This document shows, one piece after another, positions 17,749 through 27,676 of a stretch of 64,000 nucleotides of DNA. The stretch's first letter is position 1; each line of letters begins with the position of its first letter. Made by a program: the position numbers and the translations under genes. Source of the stretch: Cyanobacteria bacterium SIG28 (lineage in GTDB: Bacteria > Cyanobacteriota > Vampirovibrionia > Gastranaerophilales > Gastranaerophilaceae); NCBI GenBank assembly GCA_015152525.1, contig SUTU01000006.1:39986-103985 (forward strand), in the 5' to 3' direction. The notes beneath the pieces are model-generated. The model was not told the origin of the DNA and did no database searches. It saw only the letters and a program-made list of their open reading frames with translations.

Positions 17749-20700
17749 TTAACTCAATCTATATAATTTAACTTGATATTTTTTATTATCTGTTATTTTA
17801 TGTTCCTGCGTATCAAAATCTAAATATATATCAGCATCTTCTTCTGTAGTACCTATTATTTTCATTTGATGTTCTTTAAACTCAAAACCTTCAGTATTAA
17901 TTTTGTGCCTGTTAGGACCGGCGTAAATCGGAATATTTGGTTTTCCGACTTCTTTTGTAAGCTTTTTTGCGTATTCAATAATACCATCTCGAATTTGGTC
18001 ATTATATTGATATTTTGCTTTTGTCTCAATATTATCAAGTACTAATGATAATTCGCCATCAATACGTGCAAAATAACACATTGTATTTCCGACAAAATTT
18101 TCACCGTCTTTTATTTCAATAGCCGAGATGAGTTTGTTAAGAATATAATTTGGAGCAGTCCATGCATTGCAACTATCAATAGCTGTACAGCAACCGGAAT
18201 CACCACCAAGATTTAGAGCATGTTGGATATTATTCATATCAGCTTTTTGTATTGTGATAATCATTTCGTTTGAATTTTTAGTGTTTTTTACATTTTTTAT
18301 TTCGTTGTATCTAAGAATAAGTATATGGTTTTTTATTGTATTTTTTGCGGTTTCTATTTTAGGGTTCTTGTGTTGCTCAACCCAGAAAGGGTTATGATTA
18401 ACTACTTCTTTAAAAATTTTTACTATATTACTTAAATCTTCAAATCTAACTAATTCACCATTTTTAGTTAATTCTTTTGTTTTTTTATATCCGATAAACA
18501 GTCCATCATTATCATATTCTGCTTTTTCAATTTCAATAAGATTATAATTTTCTTTTCTTAATGCGGATAAAAGTTTATCAAATTCTTTTTGTGGTATTTT
18601 TGCCCATAATTCATCATTAAAATCTGCTTTGAAATTTTTTAAAATATTAGATTTTGTTTTATTGCTGAAAAGATCTATTTTGACTTCAATTTTAGAATTT
18701 GGATTAAATTTTGTGTATTTATTGTAGTTAATTTTCTCTCTTTTAAATTGTTTTTGAGTTTCTATATTATGCGGCATGAGATTAAATATTTCTAAATTGC
18801 TACATTCTTCATCTAATTGGTAAGAGTTTATGATGTTATTCATTTGAGTAATTAAATTTTTATATGCATTTTTAAAATCATTGTCAGCTTTAAAAAATAA
18901 CGGTATAAATTTAGAATTTGATAAATCAAAGCGTTCAAAAATGGATGGGTGTAAATCGTCTTTATAGTCATATATATCTGATAAAATCCTGTTTAAGAAT
19001 TTATTGCGCTCTTTAATTTCTTCTTTTGTTAAATTTTTTAAAAATGGTTTAAATTTTACAAGATATTTTTTTTCGTTTTCTTCTTGGTTTTTATCATTTT
19101 CATAAATTGTTTTATAAATATAAGCTGTTTTTATAGCTTCTTCCGGATCCTTAATGCTATTTTTTAACATTTGATTTTTTTCAAAAGTGTATTGGTTAAT
19201 TTTTTTTATTAAATAGTTTTTGTCTTTTTCTTCTGCAGCTTTTAATTCTTCTTTTAGCTCTGCAATTGCGCGAACTAAATCTTTATATTTTAGACTTTCA
19301 GTTGGGTTAAGTGCCTCAACTATTTCTTCAGAAAATTCTATGGGTTCAAACATTTCATCATAACTGTCATAATTTCCTAACTCCACAAAAAGCTGATCTA
19401 TTTCTGTGGCACCTTTAAGAAAAACATGTTTTATATTATTTTCACCTAATAATTTAAATAACTCATAAGAAATAGGTACCATACCCAGTATAAGTTCATC
19501 GATATCATCAATTTCAAAATCTTCGGTATCTGCAATGTTGTCTAAATTGTCCATGGCACATTTTCTTAAGTTCAACATCTTTTCAGCAGTTAAAGGATAA
19601 ATTAAAGTGCCAAATTCATCTTTTTTATTACTATAATTTGCGTGAAAACTGTTAACAAGATTTAAAATAAATCTTTTGTTAATATCCGGATTTTCTGCAC
19701 TTAATTTTTTTATTGTGTTTAGATAAGTTTCTTTTTCGGCTTTAGTTGCCAAATTTTCGTAATCAGGATAAAAGTAAGTATTTTTTTGGGTGTCTAAATC
19801 TTCTATACTCCAACCTAGCGGACGTAAATTTTTAAATAATAAAATTTTGTAAGGGTCAATCATTTTACCGGTTCTGCCATACTTAAAATATTCTGATAAA
19901 AATTCATCATCTAAACTTTCTTTAAAAAACTCGGTGTAGTTTTTATGTTGAACTGCTTCATTCATTGTTTGAATTGCATTGCTAAGATAATTTGAGTCCA
20001 TATCAGGTTTTAAGCTTTTGCATTCATTGAAAAGCGGTAACATTTCTTTAAAATATCCCGGAAAAATAGAGCTTTTGGCTCTAAAATTTTTTAATATTTC
20101 AAGAGGGCTTTCCGGTTTAAAATCTATAAATTTATCAAAATGAGAAATATCAGTGTTGTAATAGTAGCTTGTTCGCATTAGTTCCATAGCTACTTTTTTT
20201 CCGTATTGTTCGTATGATTTATCAAAAAATTCTTCAGAACCGTCAGCAAATTTGTGAGTTAGTATATCGCCTGAAAACAATACCAAATCTTTAATTTCTG
20301 TTGTTGAAAAATCAGGGTATTTTTTATATAAATTATTTGTTAAATCGTAATATCTTTTATCAAATTCACCTTCGTATGAATGTTGACTAAATATTTCAAA
20401 ACGTTTTCGGGTAAAAGAAGCTTTATCTCTGTTATCTTCCGGTATTTCTGAGGTCAAGCAACTAACCAGCATCATCATAGTTTCCGGTGTTTTAAGTTTC
20501 ATTGAAAGTATTTTTGAAAAAATGTTTGCTACTGCACTATTATTTAAACCAAGGTCGTATAATTTTATTATTTGATTTGCAATTTCGTTGATTAATTTTT
20601 TTTCACCAAAAAGTTTATATTTTAATTTGTCAATAAAATTTAACTTATCAAAAGTAGGTAAATAAAATTCAGAGGTTAATTTAATTTTATTAAGGTTATT

Positions 20701-20787
20701 TCCCTTAAAATTTGTTGAATTAATATTTGTTTTTGATAGTTTATTTGATTGTATATTATAGTTAATTGGGTTGGAAATTATTTTCAT
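17749..20787 (-). CDS. Large orphan hypothetical protein (1012 aa), Lys/Asn/Glu/Ile-rich, no signal peptide
   Basis: Long uninterrupted ORF in very AT-rich DNA with no motifs I recognise. The C-terminal ~170 aa contain a Cys cluster (GGDSGCCTAIDSCNAW). Confidence 0.6.
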   Translation of the reverse strand: MKIISNPINYNIQSNKLSKTNINSTNFKGNNLNKIKLTSEFYLPTFDKLNFIDKLKYKLFGEKKLINEIANQIIKLYDLGLNNSAVANIFSKILSMKLKTPETMMMLVSCLTSEIPEDNRDKASFTRKRFEIFSQHSYEGEFDKRYYDLTNNLYKKYPDFSTTEIKDLVLFSGDILTHKFADGSEEFFDKSYEQYGKKVAMELMRTSYYYNTDISHFDKFIDFKPESPLEILKNFRAKSSIFPGYFKEMLPLFNECKSLKPDMDSNYLSNAIQTMNEAVQHKNYTEFFKESLDDEFLSEYFKYGRTGKMIDPYKILLFKNLRPLGWSIEDLDTQKNTYFYPDYENLATKAEKETYLNTIKKLSAENPDINKRFILNLVNSFHANYSNKKDEFGTLIYPLTAEKMLNLRKCAMDNLDNIADTEDFEIDDIDELILGMVPISYELFKLLGENNIKHVFLKGATEIDQLFVELGNYDSYDEMFEPIEFSEEIVEALNPTESLKYKDLVRAIAELKEELKAAEEKDKNYLIKKINQYTFEKNQMLKNSIKDPEEAIKTAYIYKTIYENDKNQEENEKKYLVKFKPFLKNLTKEEIKERNKFLNRILSDIYDYKDDLHPSIFERFDLSNSKFIPLFFKADNDFKNAYKNLITQMNNIINSYQLDEECSNLEIFNLMPHNIETQKQFKREKINYNKYTKFNPNSKIEVKIDLFSNKTKSNILKNFKADFNDELWAKIPQKEFDKLLSALRKENYNLIEIEKAEYDNDGLFIGYKKTKELTKNGELVRFEDLSNIVKIFKEVVNHNPFWVEQHKNPKIETAKNTIKNHILILRYNEIKNVKNTKNSNEMIITIQKADMNNIQHALNLGGDSGCCTAIDSCNAWTAPNYILNKLISAIEIKDGENFVGNTMCYFARIDGELSLVLDNIETKAKYQYNDQIRDGIIEYAKKLTKEVGKPNIPIYAGPNRHKINTEGFEFKEHQMKIIGTTEEDADIYLDFDTQEHKITDNKKYQVKLYRLS

Positions 20788-21207
20788 ATTAACCTAACTC
20801 ATATAAAAATATTTTTTGCTATTTTCTTTTTATCTATTGCAACCCACGTTGGTTCTGGATTGTGAATTAAAACTTTTTTGTCAACCCAAAATATGTTTAA
20901 AATCAGGTAAATTTTTGTAAATTTTAATTTTTTCTAATAGGCATGGGAGGCATGGTCAATTGTAAATTTTTTTACAGAAATGTTTACTTGATATAAGTAT
21001 TGGAAGTTTTAGTATAAGAATACAGACACGAAAGGAGTGATGGCTACAGGACTCAGTGGAGGAGAACAATAGAAGAGAAAATTTATATTTTATTCTAGTG
21101 TTTTGAAAAAAAGAGTTTACCAATCAAACAAAAGAAAATTATTAACAATAACAAATCAATATATTAAGAAAAAGAGAGTTAAAAAAGATTTGGGTAGGAG
21201 ATTATTG

Positions 21208-21240
21208 GGAAAAAAGCTTGTTAGTTTTAACAAGCTTTAT
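21208..21240 (-). terminator. Rho-independent terminator downstream of the nuclease gene
   Basis: AGCTTGTTA/TAACAAGCT hairpin (21215-21237) flanked by A- and T-runs. Confidence 0.65.
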
Positions 21241-21244
21241 TTTT

Positions 21245-21880
21245 TTAATAACAAATTATTCCATACTCACAATCTGCAGAAGTTTTATTACAATTATCTT
21301 TTGTTACAAAATCCTCTGTTTTAATTTTGTCTGCTATATCTAAAAGTTTTGTTTCGTACTCTTTTATTAAATCATCAGTTAATTCGATACAAACTTCTGT
21401 TTTGTTTTTCAAATCAATATATACAAAATTAACATTATTTGTTTTAAAAAATTCTTTTACAGCTAATGAATAGATCATTGTTTGATAATCGTATTTTGCA
21501 TTTTTTGGTGCAGAACCGGTTTTGTAATCTAAAATATAATAAGTTTCATCTTTTTTTACTAAAGCATCTAATCTTCCGCCAAAAAAATATTCACCAACTT
21601 TTACTGAAAGATTGTACTCAGAATTGACAAATTCATAAGAAAAGTATTTTATATTTTTTAAATAATCCCAAATCATTTTTTCTTGTAATGATAATGCTAA
21701 TTCCATTTTATCAATATTTTCTTTTCTTAAATAATAAGATGCCAATGCGTGAATATTTTTACCTTGTTCAAAAATTTCATCATTTACCGGCATGGAAATT
21801 CCTTTAGTATATTTTAAATGAAACTTTTTCGGACAAAGTTGAAAAGTTTTTAACATGTTTGGAGAATAACTTTTAAACAC
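21245..21880 (-). CDS. PD-(D/E)XK nuclease family protein, Cas4/AddB-like with a 4-Cys cluster
   Basis: N-terminal FQLCPKKF, catalytic-like GRLDAL...YILDYKTG, QTMIYSLA (QxxxY), and C-terminal C-x6-C-x5-C (CNKTSADCEYGIIC). Confidence 0.6.
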   Translation of the reverse strand: MFKSYSPNMLKTFQLCPKKFHLKYTKGISMPVNDEIFEQGKNIHALASYYLRKENIDKMELALSLQEKMIWDYLKNIKYFSYEFVNSEYNLSVKVGEYFFGGRLDALVKKDETYYILDYKTGSAPKNAKYDYQTMIYSLAVKEFFKTNNVNFVYIDLKNKTEVCIELTDDLIKEYETKLLDIADKIKTEDFVTKDNCNKTSADCEYGIICY

Positions 21881-21889
21881 TCTTAACCT

Positions 21890-22933
21890 CTATGCAATAT
21901 AATAAGTGTAATCAGGTCTTGCAGCTAATCTTCTTTCGATTTCTTCAAATGTTATTAAACCTTCTGTTGCGCTAAATTTAGAAACTACTGATGCGGATTG
22001 AACCGAACCATACATTAAAGCATTTCCGATATCAGTTCCGTTTCTGAATAATGTTGCACAGAAAGTTGAAGCAAAAGAGTCGCCTGCACCTAAAGTCGAA
22101 ATAACTTCTGAAGGGAAGATAGGACAATAATAAAACTTCTTGCCTTCGTATGCGTATGCACCTTTGTTACCATCTGTAATAACAATACATTGATAATCTT
22201 TTATTTTTAAAGATTTTAGCATCTGTTTAATATCTTGGTGTATAATTTCGTGTGAAAATTTTTCTGTTTTAGTATCAGGTCTGACTGTTATACCTGTAGC
22301 CATTGAAGCTTCTTCTTTATTCATAACAACAACGTGGGCTGATTCTAAAATTTTCTTTATATGTTCGTACCCTCTTTTTATACTGGTTGTTCCTGCATTA
22401 AAACAAATTTTTATATTATTTTGATGAGCAAATTCTACTATCGGTTCAAGAACTTTGTTTGACTCACCGTTTAAAGGTGCTATGTATACTAAATCTGCAC
22501 TTTTTAAAGCTTCAAAATTAATATCACTTTCTTTAATTTTGCCGTTTGCGCCTCTGTGTGTTAAAACAGTTCTGTCGCCTTGAAAGCTTACCAGAATTAT
22601 TGAAAAACCTGTTGATACATCATCTTTTTGAACAATATAATCAAGGTTTACATTCTGTTGCTTAAAGAAATCTAAAATTCCGTCAGCGTAAACATCTTTT
22701 CCGATTTTAAAAATTGCCGAAGTTTCAAAACCAAGATTTCCAAAATTGCAAGCTGTGTTTACACCGCCACCACCAATATTTGAAGCAAAATTTTCTATAT
22801 CAATTTTTGAACCGTAAGGATAACTCATGAAATCCGCATTTTTAGTTTTTGAGCAAACTGATACAATATTAGCTTCTTCGCATTCAACAAAAACATCCAT
22901 TGTTGCACTGCCGATTGTTATAATTTTAGACAT
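21890..22933 (-). CDS. PfkB-family carbohydrate kinase; substrate unknown
   Basis: GGGGVNTA and a C-terminal TLGAGDSF motif typical of the ribokinase/PfkB superfamily. Confidence 0.75.
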   Translation of the reverse strand: MSKIITIGSATMDVFVECEEANIVSVCSKTKNADFMSYPYGSKIDIENFASNIGGGGVNTACNFGNLGFETSAIFKIGKDVYADGILDFFKQQNVNLDYIVQKDDVSTGFSIILVSFQGDRTVLTHRGANGKIKESDINFEALKSADLVYIAPLNGESNKVLEPIVEFAHQNNIKICFNAGTTSIKRGYEHIKKILESAHVVVMNKEEASMATGITVRPDTKTEKFSHEIIHQDIKQMLKSLKIKDYQCIVITDGNKGAYAYEGKKFYYCPIFPSEVISTLGAGDSFASTFCATLFRNGTDIGNALMYGSVQSASVVSKFSATEGLITFEEIERRLAARPDYTYYIA

Positions 22934-23156
22934 CCCTAAACCTCCAGTAAATCATTAATTCCATTGTATTACAAACTTTTTTTAAAACTAGATTGTAAAC
23001 AAATGTAAAATTTTATAATATGCATGGTGTATTTTTTATACAGTTAATCTATAATGAATGTATACAAAGGTATGTGGTTAATATATAAATTTGATACATA
23101 GGGATTGAAGAGAGTTTTTAGACATATTTGTATATTATTCCAACTATAAAATATTT

Positions 23157-23207
23157 TTAGGGATTATGTTTTAAGCAAGCTTGCTTACACAGAAAGGTTA
23201 TTAGGGA
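23157..23207 (+). promoter_or_regulatory. Flagellin 5' leader with two TTAGGGA motifs and a 16-bp palindrome; possible CsrA-type translational control site
   Basis: TTAGGGA at 23157-23163 and again at 23201-23207, immediately before the ATG in the Shine-Dalgarno position. Perfect palindrome TAAGCAAGCTTGCTTA at 23172-23187. Confidence 0.35.
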
Positions 23208-24152
23208 ATGGCTATAACGATTAATACAAACATTTCTTCGTTAATTGCACAAAGAAACTTGCACAGTGCAACGTTATCTTTGAATGATGCAATAGAAAGA
23301 ATGACAACCGGTTATAAAATAAATCGTGCCAGTGATAATGCTGCAGGTTATTCAATTGCTAATCAATGGAGAATTCAATTGAGTTCATTGGATGTAGCTG
23401 CAGATAATGCTACAACCGGATCTGATTTATTGACTACAGCAGAAGAAACTTATAGTTTGTTATCAAGCCACATTCAACGTATTAGAGATTTGACAGAACA
23501 AGCTTCTAACGGAACTTATGGTTCTGCATCTTTGAAGGCTATCAAGGCTGAGGTTTTAGCGAGGTTACAAGAAATTAATCGTATCGGTTCAAATGCTGAG
23601 TTTAACGGTATTAAATTAATGGATGGAAAAGGTGTTGGCGCAAATGGTTTAGATTTACAAGTTGGTTTGCACAATGATGTAAATAGCCGAATTAATTTGA
23701 GTCAATCTTTATTTGCTGATGCTTCTATCTCAGGATTATTTTCCACTGCTTTAGAGCAAGTTAAAAAAGCTAACTCCAGTGTAACAGAATTAAACTCAAG
23801 CCTGGAAGATGTAGCTGCTGCTTGTGCCGGTTTAATGAAAAGCGGTTCTGATTATGTTCTTGGTGGCAGTACGGTATTAGCCAGAGATATGTTGGATTAT
23901 TTAGATAGCGCTATTGATGATATTTCAAAAAGAGCTATGGAAATTGGTGCTGCTCAGAATAGACTTGAATCAGCTATTACAGCTATAGATGTTCAATCTG
24001 AAAACTTAACTTCTTCATTATCTACATTAAGAGATGCTGATATTGCGGAAGAATCATCTGCTTATATTCAATCACAAATTCTGCAACAAGCTGCTGCAAC
24101 TTTGTTGGCAACAGCTAACCAAACACCAAGTATTGCATTGAATTTGTTATAG
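23208..24152 (+). CDS. fliC: Flagellin (short, 314 aa)
   Basis: The N-terminus MAITINTNISSLIAQRNL...RMTTGYKINRASDNAAGYSIA and the C-terminus GAAQNRLESAI...LRDADIAEESS...QILQQAA are canonical flagellin D0/D1 segments. Confidence 0.9.
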   Translation: MAITINTNISSLIAQRNLHSATLSLNDAIERMTTGYKINRASDNAAGYSIANQWRIQLSSLDVAADNATTGSDLLTTAEETYSLLSSHIQRIRDLTEQASNGTYGSASLKAIKAEVLARLQEINRIGSNAEFNGIKLMDGKGVGANGLDLQVGLHNDVNSRINLSQSLFADASISGLFSTALEQVKKANSSVTELNSSLEDVAAACAGLMKSGSDYVLGGSTVLARDMLDYLDSAIDDISKRAMEIGAAQNRLESAITAIDVQSENLTSSLSTLRDADIAEESSAYIQSQILQQAAATLLATANQTPSIALNLL

Positions 24153-24199
24153 ATTTATAAATTTTAATTTGTTGTTGATTGGGATATGTACTTATATGT

Positions 24200-24226
24200 G
24201 GGATTGTTTTTATCAATCCCTTTTTA
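24200..24226 (+). terminator. Rho-independent terminator after flagellin
   Basis: GGGATTG-TTTTTAT-CAATCCC followed by TTTTT. Confidence 0.6.
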
Positions 24227-24235
24227 TTTGTTTTT

Positions 24236-25549
24236 TTAGAAATTAAGAGCATAGGCAAATATTTCGCCTACCTGATGATTATAAAATCTTCCGTCATCTT
24301 TTGTAAAAAGATTTTCCCAGTGAGATTCAGGTTTACCGTTTGTTGCATACGACGGATTTGTCATCATTAAATGATGAGTATTTGTATCGTATCTTAGGGG
24401 AAACAAATCTTCCATTTGCATAAAACTTGGGAGTTTATCAGAAGCATAAGTAAATGCAAAAAAACAGTTTCGAATTCTTGCGATTCTATCTTCATAACTT
24501 CTTCCACCGGTATCGTTGTCGTTAGAGACTTCGACGCCCGGTGCGTAATCTCTGCTGTACTTGAGTTTATCAGACCAATCTTTAGTATAATCAAAACTAT
24601 CCAGATGTATAAATCCGGTACCGGCGTTTAAGCCCATTAGTCTGTATCTTTCAAAATCATCCGAACTTTTTTCTCCAACAAAACTTAAGTTTGTTCTTCC
24701 CGAGCGAGAACGGATTTCGTTTAGGATATATTGCATTTGGTGATATTGCGGTAATGCGCCAACGCCTGTATAGTTGGCACAATCATATCCGCCGATATGT
24801 TTTGCAGAATCTATAAATACAGCGTCAAAACCTGTATTAATAAGTTTTACGGTTTCGTTAATAAAAATTTCTTCGTGTTCTTTGTTCCACCATCTAAAAA
24901 CTTCATCTTCGCTGCTTGAGGTATTTATTCTGATTTGATCTTCGGAAATAACTGTTCTGAAACCTGTTTTTAAACCTCTAAAGTGAGCTAAGTCGTTAAA
25001 AGCTTTGAATTGTTCTTCGCCGGAAAGTTTATCTGAAATAATATTTTCGCTGTAGCCGGCATTGAGTTTTATCCCGTAAATTGAATTTTCTTCATCCGGT
25101 GCTTTGTTATAGCCATCACCATAAATATTAGGGAATATTTGTGAAAGAATTACACAATTTGCCCAACTTTTTGCGGAAGGTGGAATTGCAGGGAGCATTT
25201 TAATAGAACTGATTATGCCGTTTTTGCATTTTTGATTATCCATTTCTGCAATTGCACGGTTGTTAATTTCGATATAATTTGCAAACCTTCCCCAGTTATC
25301 GCCGTAATTTGGGGTTTGTATGTTATCCGGAAAAGTTTTATAAAAAATTCCGCCTTCTGTCAGAGTCATAATTGAGTCTATTGCACGTTTAAGAGTTCTT
25401 TCTAAAAGTTCTGCCGGTAAAATATTTGCTACCCATCTTTTGGAAAAAGCTTCGCCTACTCCTCTGTATGCGTGTAAATCTGTCCATTTGTCATAATGCA
25501 GTGTAGGACTGCCGTTTAGGGTTTCTAGTAAGGAATTAACTGAGTTCAT
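24236..25549 (-). CDS. Hypothetical protein, possibly an alpha-amylase-family (GH13-like) TIM-barrel enzyme
   Basis: GFDAVFIDSAKH resembles GH13 region II (GFRxDxxKH). FVGEKSS may be region III and SNDNDTG may be region IV. Motif-level resemblance only. Confidence 0.35.
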   Translation of the reverse strand: MNSVNSLLETLNGSPTLHYDKWTDLHAYRGVGEAFSKRWVANILPAELLERTLKRAIDSIMTLTEGGIFYKTFPDNIQTPNYGDNWGRFANYIEINNRAIAEMDNQKCKNGIISSIKMLPAIPPSAKSWANCVILSQIFPNIYGDGYNKAPDEENSIYGIKLNAGYSENIISDKLSGEEQFKAFNDLAHFRGLKTGFRTVISEDQIRINTSSSEDEVFRWWNKEHEEIFINETVKLINTGFDAVFIDSAKHIGGYDCANYTGVGALPQYHQMQYILNEIRSRSGRTNLSFVGEKSSDDFERYRLMGLNAGTGFIHLDSFDYTKDWSDKLKYSRDYAPGVEVSNDNDTGGRSYEDRIARIRNCFFAFTYASDKLPSFMQMEDLFPLRYDTNTHHLMMTNPSYATNGKPESHWENLFTKDDGRFYNHQVGEIFAYALNF

Positions 25550-25729
25550 ATTGTGAGTTTAAAACCAGCATTGGGATTTTGCTATTCGTCTGTAGAGGTA
25601 ATATTTATGGATGAGAAAATTTTAAAAATTATAATGAATTATTTTTTTATTAAAGCGCTACCTTAAAAGTGGACAAAAACTCAAAACTTTTAATATATCA
25701 AAACATAAATTTTGTTGTAAAATATTTTT

Positions 25730-27013
25730 ATGAAATTAAGTGAAATAATAAAAGCAACAAATGCTAAAACATCAAAAAATTATGATACAGATTTAGATAT
25801 AAAAATCTCTACCGATACTCGCACTATTGAAAACGGTGATTTTTACTTACCATTAAAAGGTGCCAGTTTTGACGGTGAAAAGTTTATTGACAAAGCTTTT
25901 GAAAAAGGAGCAATCGGCGCTTTTTGTTCAGAAAAGCACGATGAATTTAATGATAAAATTTTACTCCAAGTACCTGACACATTAGAAGCTTATCTTCAAA
26001 TAGCAAACTACCTTAGAAACAAACACAATTACACAGTTGTTGCTATAACAGGAAGTTCCGGTAAAACAACAACAAAAGAAATTGTTGCTTCAACATTGGA
26101 GGCTAAATATAAAGTATTTAAAACACCGCTAAATCATAACAATGAAGTTGGATTGTGCCAAACAATTCTGGCAACACCTATTGATACTGAAGTTCTTATT
26201 TTAGAAATGGGAATGCGTGGATTAGGTGAAATAGAACTGCTTTCCAAATATGCAGAACCTGATATAACTATTATTTCTAATGTTGGAACTGCTCATATAG
26301 GCAGACTCGGTTCAAGAAAAAATATTGCAATTGCCAAATGTGAGATAGTAAAACACCAAAGAGGTAAAATTTTCATCGCACACGATGATGAAATTATTAA
26401 AGACACAGTTGAATTTAATGGTGAAAAGATTTTTTATTCAATAAACGATGTTAAAATTATAGAAAAACGTGTAAATTACACAAAATTCGAATACCAAGGT
26501 AATATTTTTGAACTCAATGTGAGCGGTGATTATAATATTGAAAACGCACTTTCAGGAATAAATACAGGCTTTAAACTCGGACTTACCGCCGAAGAAATCC
26601 AAAAAGGATTAAAAAATTATAAGCCTATTGAAAAACGTTGGGAAACAATTAATGCCGGTGGTTATGAAATTATAAATGACAGTTACAACGCAAACCCTGA
26701 ATCAATGAAAGCTTTTGTTAATACAATTTTCGAGCTTTATGACGATTATGTTATTATTTTAGGCGATATGGGCGAGTTGGGCGAAAATGAAATTCAATAT
26801 CATAAAGAATTAGGCGAATATATTTATAGCAAAAACCCTAAAGTGAAACTTCTAACAATCGGAAATTTATCAAAAAATATTGGCGGTAAAAATTTCGAGA
26901 ATATTGAAAATGCTGTTGAATACATAAAAACTAATATTTCTACAAAATCCAAACTTTTCCTTAAAGCCTCAAGAAGCATGAAATTTGAAAAAATTATTGA
27001 ATTGCTTAATTAA
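25730..27013 (+). CDS. murF: UDP-N-acetylmuramoyl-tripeptide--D-alanyl-D-alanine ligase
   Basis: STDTRTIENGDFYLPLKG..FDGEKF, ITGSSGKTTTKE, and the NDSYNANPESM motif. Confidence 0.85.
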   Translation: MKLSEIIKATNAKTSKNYDTDLDIKISTDTRTIENGDFYLPLKGASFDGEKFIDKAFEKGAIGAFCSEKHDEFNDKILLQVPDTLEAYLQIANYLRNKHNYTVVAITGSSGKTTTKEIVASTLEAKYKVFKTPLNHNNEVGLCQTILATPIDTEVLILEMGMRGLGEIELLSKYAEPDITIISNVGTAHIGRLGSRKNIAIAKCEIVKHQRGKIFIAHDDEIIKDTVEFNGEKIFYSINDVKIIEKRVNYTKFEYQGNIFELNVSGDYNIENALSGINTGFKLGLTAEEIQKGLKNYKPIEKRWETINAGGYEIINDSYNANPESMKAFVNTIFELYDDYVIILGDMGELGENEIQYHKELGEYIYSKNPKVKLLTIGNLSKNIGGKNFENIENAVEYIKTNISTKSKLFLKASRSMKFEKIIELLN

Positions 27014-27029
27014 TACAAAATTAAAAAAC

Positions 27030-27674
27030 TTACTTATCAGCAAAATGTTTTTTTAAAAAAGAAGGCCGATGATATTTTGTTAATCCGAATTTATCAATAG
27101 CGTTTAAATGCTCAGCTGTTAGATATCCTGCATTTTTTTGCCAATTATACATCGGAAATTCTTCGTGCAATTTTTCCATATACCTATCACGACTAACTTT
27201 TGCTAAAATACTTGCGGCAGCAATTGAAGCAGATTTTGAATCACCTTTTATAACAAATTCTTGAGGAAATTTATAATCTTTAATAAGTTTGTTACCGTCT
27301 ACAAGAGTTAAAATATTTTCTTGATTAAGTTTACTTGCAACTGTAGAACAAGATATATTCATGGCTTTTAACGAAGCGTTTAAAATATTTATTTTTTCTA
27401 TTTCATCAACTTCAATACAAACTATCTCATTAATTGTATTATTCTTTATAGTATCAAAAATCGAGTTTCGTTTTTTAGGCGTTAATTTTTTTGAATCGTT
27501 TAATATCATTAAATCTGAAATAAGCCCTTCGGTAATAACATCAAAATGAACCGCTGCCGCAAATACACCACCGGCACCCGGACCTCTGCCGGCTTCATCG
27601 GTACCGATAATAGTTTTAGAATAATTTTTATCAAATTCAAAAAGCGGATGAGCTACTGTATTTATAACTAACAT
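27030..27674 (-). CDS. rnhB: Ribonuclease HII
   Basis: GTDEAGRGPGAGGVFAAAV, DSKKL and SIAAASILAKV motifs. Confidence 0.9.
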   Translation of the reverse strand: MLVINTVAHPLFEFDKNYSKTIIGTDEAGRGPGAGGVFAAAVHFDVITEGLISDLMILNDSKKLTPKKRNSIFDTIKNNTINEIVCIEVDEIEKINILNASLKAMNISCSTVASKLNQENILTLVDGNKLIKDYKFPQEFVIKGDSKSASIAAASILAKVSRDRYMEKLHEEFPMYNWQKNAGYLTAEHLNAIDKFGLTKYHRPSFLKKHFADK

Positions 27675-27676
27675 TA

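Noticed and set aside
20788-21244. Possible ncRNA or micro-ORF in the 450-bp gap upstream of the 1012-aa gene (purine-rich ACGAAAGGAGTGATGGCTACAGGACTCAGTGGAGGAGAACAATAG)
   Set aside because: The 9-codon ORF has its ribosome-binding site too close to the ATG, and no convincing conserved structure is visible. This is more likely just a promoter or leader region.
17387-22933. Calling the tRNA-adjacent region a prophage or integrative element
   Set aside because: There is no integrase, excisionase, transposase or phage-like gene in or near it, and no second att-like repeat beyond the 197-bp duplication. Only the weaker statement, a scar plus a compositionally odd orphan gene, is supported.
22934-23207. 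Sigma-28 promoter upstream of flagellin
   Set aside because: I looked for TAAA-N15-GCCGATAA-like sequence and found no CGATA core in the 270-bp upstream region. I make no promoter call.
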